Origin: an uncultured Spirochaetia bacterium
Lineage (GTDB): Bacteria > Oederibacteriota > PGYV01 > CAYGHG01
Assembly: GCA_964349515.1 (NCBI GenBank)
Contig: CAYGHG010000003.1
Span: forward strand, 1-55,556
DNA: 55,556 bases
Direction of reading: 5' to 3'
Under the pieces are notes generated by a model. The model was not told the origin of the DNA, did not search any database, and saw nothing but the letters and a program-made list of their open reading frames with translations. The first letter of the stretch is position 1, and each line of letters starts with the position of its first letter. Of this stretch, positions 8,935 through 17,976 are shown piece after piece. Both the position numbers and the translations under genes were made by a program.

Positions 8935-9573
8935 TTATCTTTCATCTTCCTTGTTTGTAAGGAAGAATGTGAGCTGTTCCATTTCAAGCGCCAAATCCAC
9001 ATTTCTGACTATCATATCATCATCGGTCAGCACGTGCTTGCCCGCGAAATTGAGCACCCCATTAACCCCGGCTTTTTTCAGCCTCAGGAGCATGTCGGGA
9101 AGCGCGTCTTTTGGTGTTGTCAGTATTGCCATTTCAATTTTTTCCCTTTTTACAACCTCTTCGAGCTTTTCAATATGGTAAAGCGTGACACCGTCAAGCT
9201 CCCATCCCACCTTGTCCGGGTCAACATCAAAACCCGCTATTATGTTAAAGCCCCTCGCCGAAAAACCGCCGTACATGAGAAGAGCGCGGCCCAGGTTTCC
9301 CGCGCCTATTACCGCCACTTTCCAGTTTTTGTGAGTGCCCAGTATTTTAGAAATATTCTCCTTAAGCTGCAGTACGTTATAGCCGTAACCGCGGCGGCCG
9401 AATTTCCCGAAATAAGCAAGGTCTTTTCTGACCTGCGCCGGATTCAGCCCTATTAACTCCGCCACCTGCCCCGAAGACACGTATTCAACCCCTGACGTGG
9501 CAAGCTCGGAAAAACACTTTAAGTAAATGGAAAGCCTGTTCACGGTGGGCAGAGGTATTTTTCTTAACGGCAT
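8935..9573 (-). CDS. rex: Redox-sensing transcriptional repressor Rex
   Basis: TVNRLSIY, QVRKDLAYFGKFGRRGYGY wHTH, GAGNLGRAL Rossmann motif. Confidence 0.97.
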   Translation of the reverse strand: MPLRKIPLPTVNRLSIYLKCFSELATSGVEYVSSGQVAELIGLNPAQVRKDLAYFGKFGRRGYGYNVLQLKENISKILGTHKNWKVAVIGAGNLGRALLMYGGFSARGFNIIAGFDVDPDKVGWELDGVTLYHIEKLEEVVKREKIEMAILTTPKDALPDMLLRLKKAGVNGVLNFAGKHVLTDDDMIVRNVDLALEMEQLTFFLTNKEDER

Positions 9574-11204
9574 CAGTTACCGCCTTCCTTCCCGCCATTG
9601 GCAGGTTTTCCAAAATCGGCTATATCATCGAGCTTAAACCCGTGCTCGTGCGATTTTATGTAGTCGTCTATCTGTTTTTTTTCTTCGGTCATTTCAATAT
9701 CTTTCGCTGCAAGAATGACTTTCTTTGCATCCTTGTCAATTTTTACTATTCTGGCCTTTATGACATCCCCTTTTTTGCAGGAAAGTTTGTGCTTATTCCT
9801 TATAGGTATCCTGCCGATTATTCCATCTACAATACAGCAGACCACCGCCGAATCTTCAATATCTATAACCTTTGTGTCAACTGCCGTGCCCTCTTTGAAT
9901 TTGGCCGCAAATGTAACCCAGGGCGAGGCGTGCATCTGCTTCAAGCCGAGAAGAATACGGTACTTGCTTTTATCAATTTCCAATATCCTGAACTCGCGCC
10001 TGTCGCCGGTCTTAATCGTGTCGGCAATCGGCGCGGATTCATTCCACGAAACGTTTGAAACGCGCACAAACGCGTCAAAATTCTCCTCAAGCTCAACTTC
10101 CGCACCCTCGCCTTCCGCCACCGAAGAGACCGTGCCGATTACTCTCGCGCCAACCGGATAGCGTTCCTCGATTGAATGCCACGGGTTCTTATCAAGCCTT
10201 TTTATGCTGAAATATACCCTGCCCTTTGCTTCGTCGATTTTTACAACAACAGCTTCTATCTCATCCCCTTCTTTATACGCCTCCCTTATGTCTTTTACAC
10301 GCCTGTAATATGATATCTCGCTTTTGTGAATAAACCCGTCCATCTGCGGGTTAATCTCAACCACCATGCCTTCGTCAAGTATTCCGCAGACCTTTAATTT
10401 CATTCTGTCGCCCTGCTTTGAGGTTTTTGCAAAACCTCCGAACGGATTCTCAAAAAGTTTTTTTACGCTTAAAACAGGCCTGCCGCCGTCAATTCCCAAG
10501 ACAAGAGCCTCTATGTCCTGCCCCTCGCTGAAAAGCGTTTTTAAATCCCCCAGCCTTTTCCACGCAAGCTCGGATGACGCTATAAAAGCCCTTACCCCCT
10601 CTTTTTCAACTTCAACGCCCGCATCCTGCACTGACACGACTTTTAACGCCGTTTTTTCATTTACCGTAAATACTCTTTTCACCTTTTCTTCTTCGTCTTT
10701 TGCCTTTTGGTTTATAAGTTCCCTGTAGGACACCACAACATTTCTTTTTACTTCGTCAAGCTGTATAACTTTCAGGTCAAGCTCCTGCCCGGTTATGTCC
10801 TCACCGTAAGAACGCGAGTGGGACATAGGCAGAAACGCCGTAACGTTTGCGCCAAAATCAATGATAAACCCCCCCTTTACAGCCTTTACCACCCTGCCCT
10901 TAAGCGCTTCTCCGTCCTTAAATGCTTTTTTAACCCTTGAAAATATGACTTTTTTATCCGCCACTATCTTTGAAAGCAGCACCATCCCGTCCGGCCCCTC
11001 TGTCTTTTTTACAAAAAGATCTATTTCCCCGCCCTCTTCAAGCGAGTCATAATAGGTGTACTTGGCCGTTTCTTCCGCCGGTATTATCCCCTCTGACTTG
11101 TAGCCTATGTCAATGAAAACATCCCCGCCGGATTTTCTGACAATTTTACCTTTTATTACCGCGCCTTCTCTTATATCCCTGATTGAGTATTCGCTGTTTT
11201 CCAT
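9573..11204 (-). CDS. rpsA: 30S ribosomal protein S1
   Basis: Tandem S1 domains (DIGYKSEG, VKGGFIID, GFIHKSEISY, YPVGARVIGTV, LGLKQ). Confidence 0.92.
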   Translation of the reverse strand: MENSEYSIRDIREGAVIKGKIVRKSGGDVFIDIGYKSEGIIPAEETAKYTYYDSLEEGGEIDLFVKKTEGPDGMVLLSKIVADKKVIFSRVKKAFKDGEALKGRVVKAVKGGFIIDFGANVTAFLPMSHSRSYGEDITGQELDLKVIQLDEVKRNVVVSYRELINQKAKDEEEKVKRVFTVNEKTALKVVSVQDAGVEVEKEGVRAFIASSELAWKRLGDLKTLFSEGQDIEALVLGIDGGRPVLSVKKLFENPFGGFAKTSKQGDRMKLKVCGILDEGMVVEINPQMDGFIHKSEISYYRRVKDIREAYKEGDEIEAVVVKIDEAKGRVYFSIKRLDKNPWHSIEERYPVGARVIGTVSSVAEGEGAEVELEENFDAFVRVSNVSWNESAPIADTIKTGDRREFRILEIDKSKYRILLGLKQMHASPWVTFAAKFKEGTAVDTKVIDIEDSAVVCCIVDGIIGRIPIRNKHKLSCKKGDVIKARIVKIDKDAKKVILAAKDIEMTEEKKQIDDYIKSHEHGFKLDDIADFGKPANGGKEGGN

Positions 11205-11213
11205 TACACTCTC

Positions 11214-12065
11214 CTAAAAACTTTTTATAAGCGCGGCGGCTTCTTCAATCAGCCGCTGCGGCGTCGAGGCTCCGGCGCATATACCCGCCCTGCGCTTGCC
11301 CCTGAACCATTCTTTTTTTATCTCTCCGGGTGACTCCACATGATAAACAGACTTTAAAATTTCCCTGCAAAGTTCATACAACCTGACCGTATTGGCGCTG
11401 TTTTTTCCGCCTATCACTATAATAGTATCGCTTGCCTTTGCAAGCCCGACCGCAGCTTCCTGCCTGTTGCGGGTGGCGTCGCAGATAGTATTAAATACCC
11501 TGACCTCTGCGTTGCGCTCTTCAAAAATCCTCTCTATAGCGGCGCACACCAAACGCGCGAACCTGCTTTTATTTTTCGTCGTCTGCGATACAATACCGGT
11601 CTTTACTCCGGGTTTGATTTTTTTTACATCTTCTTCACTGCTGACCACCACAGCGCCGCTTCCCGCGTAACCGATAATACCTTTTACTTCGGGATGGTCC
11701 CGGTCGCCTGCTATTATAATCCCGTAATTTTCTTCCTTTAATTTATCAACTATTCTGTGTATACGCTTGACGTAAGGGCAAGTGGTATCCAGCACGCCGG
11801 CACATTTTTTATTTAACTTAGCCTCTTCTTCCGGGGTGACGCCGTGCGCGGAAATAATCGCGCGCGAGCCTTTTTTGATGTTACCTATCCTGTCCGTGTG
11901 CCTGGCACCCGCCTCTTCGAGCCTCTTTACTTCCTGGGGGTTGTGTATTATTTCATGGTACGAATAAACCCCCGGGCCTTTTTCGCCCGCGTATTTGTAG
12001 GCCATTTCCATGGCGCGCTTGACTCCAAAGCAAAAGCCGGAATCAGCCGCTATCCTGACCTCTAT
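11214..12065 (-). CDS. ispH: 4-hydroxy-3-methylbut-2-enyl diphosphate reductase; N-terminus extends upstream of the first ATG (12011), apparent ATA start at 12065
   Basis: In-frame IEVRIAADSGFCFGVKRA precedes MEMA; IIHN, SAHG, DTTCPYV, TICDAT, GGKNSANT and AGASTP motifs present. Confidence 0.93.
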   Translation of the reverse strand: MEVRIAADSGFCFGVKRAMEMAYKYAGEKGPGVYSYHEIIHNPQEVKRLEEAGARHTDRIGNIKKGSRAIISAHGVTPEEEAKLNKKCAGVLDTTCPYVKRIHRIVDKLKEENYGIIIAGDRDHPEVKGIIGYAGSGAVVVSSEEDVKKIKPGVKTGIVSQTTKNKSRFARLVCAAIERIFEERNAEVRVFNTICDATRNRQEAAVGLAKASDTIIVIGGKNSANTVRLYELCREILKSVYHVESPGEIKKEWFRGKRRAGICAGASTPQRLIEEAAALIKSF

Positions 12066-12066
12066 T

Positions 12067-12732
12067 TTATTTGCTATCCGGTTTTTCTTTTTCAGCTTTC
12101 ATTCTCCTGATTTCATTTACGATTGCATTTGTGATTTTCTCGTATATTTCCCTCGACCCCTCTTTGTCAAGACAGTCATCAAAACTCATCAGTTTTCCGT
12201 AATGCACTTCCATTTTTTTAAAAAGTTTCGGAAGCCCCCCGCCTTTTGGCCACGCTTCAAACGCGCCTTTTATATAGACAGGCACGACCTTTGCGCGCGA
12301 GGCGTGTACCAGCATCCCTGTTCCCGGCTTTCCGTCCTTTATTTCACCGTCAGGAGTCCTGGTGCCCTCCGGGAAAAAAACCACAGCCCCGCCCTCGCTG
12401 ATTCTGTCTGTCAGAGCCCCCCACGACTTTCTGTCCACAGCGCCGCGCTTTATCGGTATGGCGCCTACAGCCCTGATAAAACCCCCAAAGAACGGGTTTT
12501 TAAAAAGCGTATCTCGCGCCATGAAATTCAGCTGCCTTTTCCAGCTCATGGTGGAAACAAGAGGCGGATCAAAAAAAGAAGAGTGGTTGGACATAAACAT
12601 TACACCCTCTTTTTCAGGGATGTTTTCCTCGCCTGTTACTTTTATTCCGTAAAAAACCCTTAACAGGAGCGTCGCTAATGCCCTTGTAATGATGTGAAGA
12701 AAATTTGAAAATATCCCGCCGGGCTTTTTCAT
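12067..12732 (-). CDS. plsC: 1-acyl-sn-glycerol-3-phosphate acyltransferase
   Basis: NHSSFFD, FPEGTRTPDG; start placed at MKKPGG (ATGA overlap with the aroA stop). Confidence 0.92.
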   Translation of the reverse strand: MKKPGGIFSNFLHIITRALATLLLRVFYGIKVTGEENIPEKEGVMFMSNHSSFFDPPLVSTMSWKRQLNFMARDTLFKNPFFGGFIRAVGAIPIKRGAVDRKSWGALTDRISEGGAVVFFPEGTRTPDGEIKDGKPGTGMLVHASRAKVVPVYIKGAFEAWPKGGGLPKLFKKMEVHYGKLMSFDDCLDKEGSREIYEKITNAIVNEIRRMKAEKEKPDSK

Positions 12733-14018
12733 TTCTGCTTCAACCCCCCTATAAGGCTGAAAAACTCGGGAAACGAAGTGTTCACGCACTCAATATCCTT
12801 TATCAGCAAACCGTTCTCGCTCACCAGAGCCGCAACCGAAAAAGACATCGCAATCCTATGGTCGCCGTAGGAATCAATATCGGCGTATTTAAAGGGCTTT
12901 CCCTCGTTCCCGTATATGACCATTCCGTCGGCGCGCTCTTCTGCCTTTACTCCAATGCGCTTTAAGTTCTCCACAACTGTCGCTATCCTGTCCGTTTCCT
13001 TTACCCTCAGCTCTTTTGCGTTCTTAATTACACTCCTGCCTTTTGCAAAAGCGGCCATCACGGCTATTACCGGAATCTCGTCGATCAGCCTCGGTATTAT
13101 GGCGCCGCCTATTGTTATACCTTTCAACTTTGAGCTCGAAGAAGCAATATCAGCGACCGTTTCACCATTCTTTAATTTTCTGTTTTTCACGGCAATTTTT
13201 GCGCCCATCTTTTTCATCACATCTATAATCCCCGTCCTGCTGCCGTTAATACCCGTGTTTTTAACTGTGATGGAGGACCCTTTCGTAAGTGCGCCTGCGG
13301 CCATAAAATAGGCGGCCGAAGATATGTCGCCCGGCACGAATACTTTTTTCCCCGTCAAAACCTGGCCCGGATTAATTACCAAAGAGCCCTTTTTCTCCTT
13401 TATATCCGCGCCAAAATACTTCAGCATGAGTTCGGTATGATCGCGCGATTTTATCTTTTCGCTGATCTCGGTTTTGCCTGATGCGTGAAGCGCTGCAAAC
13501 ATAATGGCTGATTTTACCTGCGCGCTCGCAACCGGCATTTCATACTTTATGCCCCGCAAAGGGCCGCCGGCTACCGAAACAGGCGCACGCCCGTTATTTG
13601 ACTTAAATCTGGCCCCCATCTGAGTCAGCGGCAGTATCACCCTGTTCATCGGCCTTTTTATTATCTGCCCGTCTCCAGTTATCGAGCAGGAAAAGTTCTG
13701 AGGCGCCAGCACCCCGAGGGTGAGCCTTATGCCCGTACCCGAGTTTCCTACATACAGCTGTTTTACAGGCTGGCGGAAAGAATTCAGCCCTCTGCCAAAA
13801 ACCTGGTATTTGCCCTTCTTTTTTTCTATCTTAACGCCGAGCTGTTTATACACCTTTATCGTATTAAGTGTGTCCTCTGCTTCAAGAAAATTGGATATTT
13901 CCGTTCTGCCCTTTGCAAGGCTTCCTATTATTATTGCCCTGTGAGATATTGATTTGTCCCCCTGCACTGACAGGCTTTTCTTTATCCCCGCAGCCGGTGC
14001 CACATGTATTTTTTTCAT
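12729..14018 (-). CDS. aroA: 3-phosphoshikimate 1-carboxyvinyltransferase
   Basis: GDKSISHR, GNSGTGIRL, SAQVKSA, RDHTE, PGDISSA, RVKETDR, DHRIAM. Confidence 0.98.
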   Translation of the reverse strand: MKKIHVAPAAGIKKSLSVQGDKSISHRAIIIGSLAKGRTEISNFLEAEDTLNTIKVYKQLGVKIEKKKGKYQVFGRGLNSFRQPVKQLYVGNSGTGIRLTLGVLAPQNFSCSITGDGQIIKRPMNRVILPLTQMGARFKSNNGRAPVSVAGGPLRGIKYEMPVASAQVKSAIMFAALHASGKTEISEKIKSRDHTELMLKYFGADIKEKKGSLVINPGQVLTGKKVFVPGDISSAAYFMAAGALTKGSSITVKNTGINGSRTGIIDVMKKMGAKIAVKNRKLKNGETVADIASSSSKLKGITIGGAIIPRLIDEIPVIAVMAAFAKGRSVIKNAKELRVKETDRIATVVENLKRIGVKAEERADGMVIYGNEGKPFKYADIDSYGDHRIAMSFSVAALVSENGLLIKDIECVNTSFPEFFSLIGGLKQK

Positions 14019-14906
14019 TTATTTTACCTTCCTTCTCAGTTCGGCTGCACTGCTTATGATTTCACGCAGCGCTTTCATGTCGTTCATTTCAATCATTGAT
14101 GCGATGTCCTGCGCATGCTTTACCACAGCATCCAGTGCGGACAGCAGCTCCCGTTTATTCGCCGTGAATATTTCCGCCCATATTTCAGCGTCTGATGCCG
14201 CTATCCTGGTGTGGTCCTTAAAACCGGGCCCTATGACAAGCGGCGACTTTTCTATCACCTTACGCGACGCCAGCACGGAGGCAAACGCCAGAAGATGCGG
14301 TGCGTGGCTGATCAGGGCTGTTTTTTCGTCGTGCTCACCGGGTTTCATGGAAATAACCCTCATCCCGAGAGCTTTCCAGAAACGTGCGACTTTTCCGGCT
14401 GCTTTTTTATTTTTACCCGGAGTGACAATGCACACCGCTCCTTTGTAAAGCCCGGGGATTATGTTTTCAATCCCGCTCTTTTCCGAGCCTGCCATCGGAT
14501 GCGAACCCGTAAAACATCCCGCCCTGTCTATCTGCGCAATTTTACCGCATATCATTTCCTTTACACTTCCCATGTCAGTCACAATCGCGCCTTTTTTCAG
14601 GTAAGGCCGAATTGCCGCAAACGCCGCAGGTATCATGAAAACAGGCAGCGATATCACAACCAGGTCCGCCTCTTTAACGCCCTCTTCATAAGAAACTGTA
14701 ATTTTGTGGCAGGTTTTTTTCCCAAGCGCCTTTTTCAGCCTGTTTATGTTTCTGCCGATACCGGTCACCCTGCTGCAGAGTTTTCCCGACACAAGCGAAA
14801 ATCCAAGGCTCCCGCCCATCAGCCCCATGCCGATGATGGAGACATTCTTAAAAACCTGCCTTAAATTCTGTATTCTGTGCTTTGCGTTCTTTTTATTTTT
14901 CAGCAT
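14019..14906 (-). CDS. tyrA: Prephenate/arogenate dehydrogenase
   Basis: IIGMGLMGGSL, TDMGSVK, HPMAGSEKSG, HD..ISHAPH, GPGFKDHTRIA; the first ~15 aa look repeat-derived. Confidence 0.93.
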   Translation of the reverse strand: MLKNKKNAKHRIQNLRQVFKNVSIIGMGLMGGSLGFSLVSGKLCSRVTGIGRNINRLKKALGKKTCHKITVSYEEGVKEADLVVISLPVFMIPAAFAAIRPYLKKGAIVTDMGSVKEMICGKIAQIDRAGCFTGSHPMAGSEKSGIENIIPGLYKGAVCIVTPGKNKKAAGKVARFWKALGMRVISMKPGEHDEKTALISHAPHLLAFASVLASRKVIEKSPLVIGPGFKDHTRIAASDAEIWAEIFTANKRELLSALDAVVKHAQDIASMIEMNDMKALREIISSAAELRRKVK

Positions 14907-14941
14907 TTTTTCACTTTCAGTTTTCAGTTTTAAACTTTCAG
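14865..14941. repeat. Heptamer arrays at the aroF-tyrA junction
   Basis: attctgt x2-gctttgc-gttcttt (14865-14892) and ctttcag-ttttcag-ttttaaa-ctttcag (14914-14941). Confidence 0.7.
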
Positions 14942-14942
14942 T

Positions 14943-15959
14943 TTAAAGCGTTTTTCCTATCGCTTTTGCCACCTTGCGGGCATCAGCTACAATTTTTGCA
15001 AACTCCGAAGGTAAAAGCGACTGGTCCCCGTCAGAGAGAGCTTTTTCAGGGCACGGGTGTACTTCAAGCGCCACGCCGTCAGCACCTGCCGCAACTGATG
15101 CAAGCGTCATGGATGCAATCAGCTGTTTCTTGCCTGTACCGTGCGAAGGGTCGGTAACTACAGGCAGGTGTGAAAGATACTTTGCCATCGGAACAGCAGA
15201 GAGATCGAGCGTGTTTCTGGTTGCAGTTTCAAAAGTTCTGATACCGCGCTCGCAAAGCACCACGTTCATATTTCCGCCTGACAAGATATACTCTGCCGAC
15301 ATCAGCCACTCGCTGATTGTGGACATAAGCCCCCTCTTTAAAAGAACGGGCTTATTTGTTTTTCCCACTTCTTTTAAAAGTTCAAAATTCTGCATATTCC
15401 TCGCGCCTATCTGAAACATGTCTGTATAGCGGTCGACAAGCTCCACGTGGCGGGTGTCGAGCACTTCTGTTACCACCGGCATCCCGTATTTATCGCGCGC
15501 CTCGGCAAGGATTTTCAAACCGTCTTCTCCAAGGCCTTGAAAAGCATACGGCGACGAGCGCGGCTTAAAAGCCCCGCCCCGCAGTATGTTTGCGCCCGCC
15601 TCCTTTACCGCTTTTGCGACGGAAAGCAGCTGCTCGCGTGATTCAACCGAGCACGGCCCTGCTATCACCGCCACTTTATCGCCGCCGATAGACACTGTTT
15701 TTGAAACCTTAATAACCGAAGGGGCCGAGCGGAAATCTTTAGAAGCCAGCTTATAAGGTTTGAGCACCGTCATTACTTTTTCAACACCGGGATAACTCAT
15801 AAAAGGGACAGTTGTCAGCACCCGCTCGTCCCCTATGACCGCGACTATGGTGCGTTCCTCGCCCTTTGAGACCTGGGCGCGAAGCTTGTTTTCCTTTATC
15901 CTGCCGACTATGTGGTCTATCTGTTTCTTTGTTGCCTTTGGCTTCAGTACAATAATCAT
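14943..15959 (-). CDS. aroF: DAHP synthase type I-beta with N-terminal regulatory domain
   Basis: IAGPCSVES, GGAFKPRSSPYAFQG, QIGARNMQN, CERGIRTF, DPSHGTG. Confidence 0.96.
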   Translation of the reverse strand: MIIVLKPKATKKQIDHIVGRIKENKLRAQVSKGEERTIVAVIGDERVLTTVPFMSYPGVEKVMTVLKPYKLASKDFRSAPSVIKVSKTVSIGGDKVAVIAGPCSVESREQLLSVAKAVKEAGANILRGGAFKPRSSPYAFQGLGEDGLKILAEARDKYGMPVVTEVLDTRHVELVDRYTDMFQIGARNMQNFELLKEVGKTNKPVLLKRGLMSTISEWLMSAEYILSGGNMNVVLCERGIRTFETATRNTLDLSAVPMAKYLSHLPVVTDPSHGTGKKQLIASMTLASVAAGADGVALEVHPCPEKALSDGDQSLLPSEFAKIVADARKVAKAIGKTL

Positions 15960-17098
15960 TTCTTCCTCCGCTTCAATTTATTTATGTATTTTTTTATTTT
16001 CTGCCTTCTGCCCTCTTTTTTGCCGAGCATCTCTTCAAGAGCCGATACAAGTTTCCTGTTTTGCCTCATCGTGCCTATGGTCACGCGCGCGAAACTTCCC
16101 TGTTGCGGCCTTATAATGACGCCGCGCCTGAGCATCTGCGCATTCAGTTCCGCAGACGGCCTGTCAAACTTCGCAAAAATAAAATTTGCGTTTGTCTTTA
16201 CGTGGCTTATTCCCATCCTGTCAAAAGCCGCGTACAGGTATTTTTTTCCTTCATTGTTTACTTTTATTGTTTTCACAACGTGCTTTCTGTCTTTGAGCGC
16301 CGCAACAGCCGCCGCCTGTGCAAGCAGGTTGGCGTTAAATGGCGCGCGTACCCTCTCAATGTATCCGGTAATTTCAGCGTCGCACACAGCGTACCCGATC
16401 CTTAACCCCGCAAGCCCGTATATTTTTGAGAACGTCCTTAAAACTATCAGATTCTTGTGTTTTGAAAGATATTTCAGCCCGTCCGGGTAAGCGCTGTCCG
16501 AGGCGTACTCAAAATATGCCTCATCAAGCGCGACTATTGTCTTCGGGCTCACGGCTGCCATGAACTTTTCAAGCTCGGGCTTTGTAATTATAGCACCCGT
16601 GGGGTTGTTGGGGTTGCACAGGAAAACGAGTTTTGTTTTCGGCGTAAGCCTCTTTATGAACCCGTCAATATCGTGCCTGAAATCCCTGTGCGGCACCACT
16701 ACCGGCGTCCCGCCGGCAATATGTGTCACTATGGGATATACCACAAAAGACAGCTCCGAAAACATAACCTCATCACCGGGGCCGACAAATGCTTCGGCAA
16801 TTATCTGCTCAAGTTCGTTTGAGCCGTTGCCGACCGAAATCATCTCAGGTACAGCGCCGGTCTTTTTGGCCAGGGCTTTTTTCAGATAGTAACAGGCGCC
16901 GTCAGGGTATATGTTTACTCCTGCGGACTTTTTAATAACCGCAAGAACCGCCGCTTTTGAAGGCCCAAGCGGGTTTTCATTTGAAGCAAGTTTGACCGCG
17001 TTTCTTATTCCAAATTCACGCTCAACTTCTTCTATAGGTTTCCCCGGAACATAGGGATTTATCTTTAAAACCGATTTTTTTACGACATCTTCAAACAT
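15956..17098 (-). CDS. hisC: Histidinol-phosphate/aromatic aminotransferase (copy 1)
   Basis: YVPGKP, KLASNENP, CNPNNPTG, DEAY, RTFSKIYGLAGLRIGY; start placed at MFEDVV; basic C-terminal extension. Confidence 0.95.
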   Translation of the reverse strand: MFEDVVKKSVLKINPYVPGKPIEEVEREFGIRNAVKLASNENPLGPSKAAVLAVIKKSAGVNIYPDGACYYLKKALAKKTGAVPEMISVGNGSNELEQIIAEAFVGPGDEVMFSELSFVVYPIVTHIAGGTPVVVPHRDFRHDIDGFIKRLTPKTKLVFLCNPNNPTGAIITKPELEKFMAAVSPKTIVALDEAYFEYASDSAYPDGLKYLSKHKNLIVLRTFSKIYGLAGLRIGYAVCDAEITGYIERVRAPFNANLLAQAAAVAALKDRKHVVKTIKVNNEGKKYLYAAFDRMGISHVKTNANFIFAKFDRPSAELNAQMLRRGVIIRPQQGSFARVTIGTMRQNRKLVSALEEMLGKKEGRRQKIKKYINKLKRRKK

Positions 17099-17208
17099 AT
17101 TGATTTCCTTTTGGGCAGGCTTTAAAAATTCAAGCGGGATTATATAAGAAAAAATATATAACCAAGTCCACACAGCTCAAATTCCACACAGCCTTTTACC
17201 CTGTTTTA

Positions 17209-17240
17209 ATTATACCCGCCTTGTGAAATCATTTCACAAG
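17209..17240 (-). promoter_or_regulatory. Promoter (-10 TATAAT) of the hisC-aroF...rex run with an overlapping 21-bp palindromic operator
   Basis: Minus-strand TATAAT at 17209-17214; CTTGTGAAAT-C-ATTTCACAAG at 17220-17240; no clear -35. Confidence 0.65.
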
Positions 17241-17384
17241 CAAGGTAATAACATTTTACATTTATTTTATGGGGTTTTCAAGCGAAACTTGATTAAGGCA
17301 GGTTAAAATTTATAATTTCCGGTTTGCCGCACTGTTTTTCGCCTTATTTCTTAAGGCCTTTATTATTACTTATAGCTTGTTTTT

Positions 17385-17909
17385 CTACCTTCGTCTTCTT
17401 CCCTCATCCTCGCGTGACTTCAGCCTTTTCATCTTGTAGGGCCCGAGCACGTCGTTTATGTGTTTTTCCTTGCCCCTGTCAAACCACACTGCCCCGCACT
17501 TTTCGCACATATCGAGGTTCATGGCACCGAGCTTGGAATCAAGCATCTTTTTGTTACAAAAGGGGCAAATGAGGAAAGGAGGTTTGTCGCGCGGTTCAAA
17601 ATAGGGGGGCTTTACGTGATGGCGCCTGAGCTCGCTTAACAAGAGTTTCTTGGGCTCCATTGCCTGAAGTTTCATAAGGGTTTCTTTTGCCACAGCAGTG
17701 CCCTCACACTCCTCGCAGTGAAGAGCGCTGTGCGAGTTGAATTTCGCGGGGAATATTGGAATCTTACACACAGGGCATTTGGAAAGCCTTGAGAGGTCCG
17801 GCACAGCGTCAGGAGCAAGCGACTGCCTGCAGTTCTCACAGTGCAGCGACATCCGCGGCACCTCTGAGCCGCACCAGCGGCAGGGCTTGGTGTTACTGTT
17901 TTCCATCAT
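17385..17909 (-). CDS. Multi-zinc-ribbon protein (zf-TFIIB-like domains)
   Basis: Six CxxC pairs; LICPFC...LDMCEKCGAVWFDRG pattern; start placed at MMENS after AAGGGGA. Confidence 0.8.
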   Translation of the reverse strand: MMENSNTKPCRWCGSEVPRMSLHCENCRQSLAPDAVPDLSRLSKCPVCKIPIFPAKFNSHSALHCEECEGTAVAKETLMKLQAMEPKKLLLSELRRHHVKPPYFEPRDKPPFLICPFCNKKMLDSKLGAMNLDMCEKCGAVWFDRGKEKHINDVLGPYKMKRLKSREDEGRRRR

Positions 17910-17916
17910 TTCCCCT

Positions 17917-17976
17917 TTCGCGTTTGCGTTCTGAGTCTTGCATTGTTCCCTGAAACCTGAAACCTGTAACCTGTCC
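17917..17976. repeat. Heptamer arrays at the purF-zinc-ribbon junction
   Basis: ccctgaa-acctgaa-acctgta-acctgtc (17948-17975) and degenerate ttgcgtt-type units (17917-17943). Confidence 0.7.

Noticed and set aside
17167-17192. TCCACACAGC direct repeat x2 upstream of hisC as DnaA boxes
   Set aside because: Does not match TTATNCACA; function unsupported.
17220-17240. CRP/FNR site
   Set aside because: TGTGA-TCACA spacing is N7 rather than N6; kept only as a Rex-like or unknown operator.
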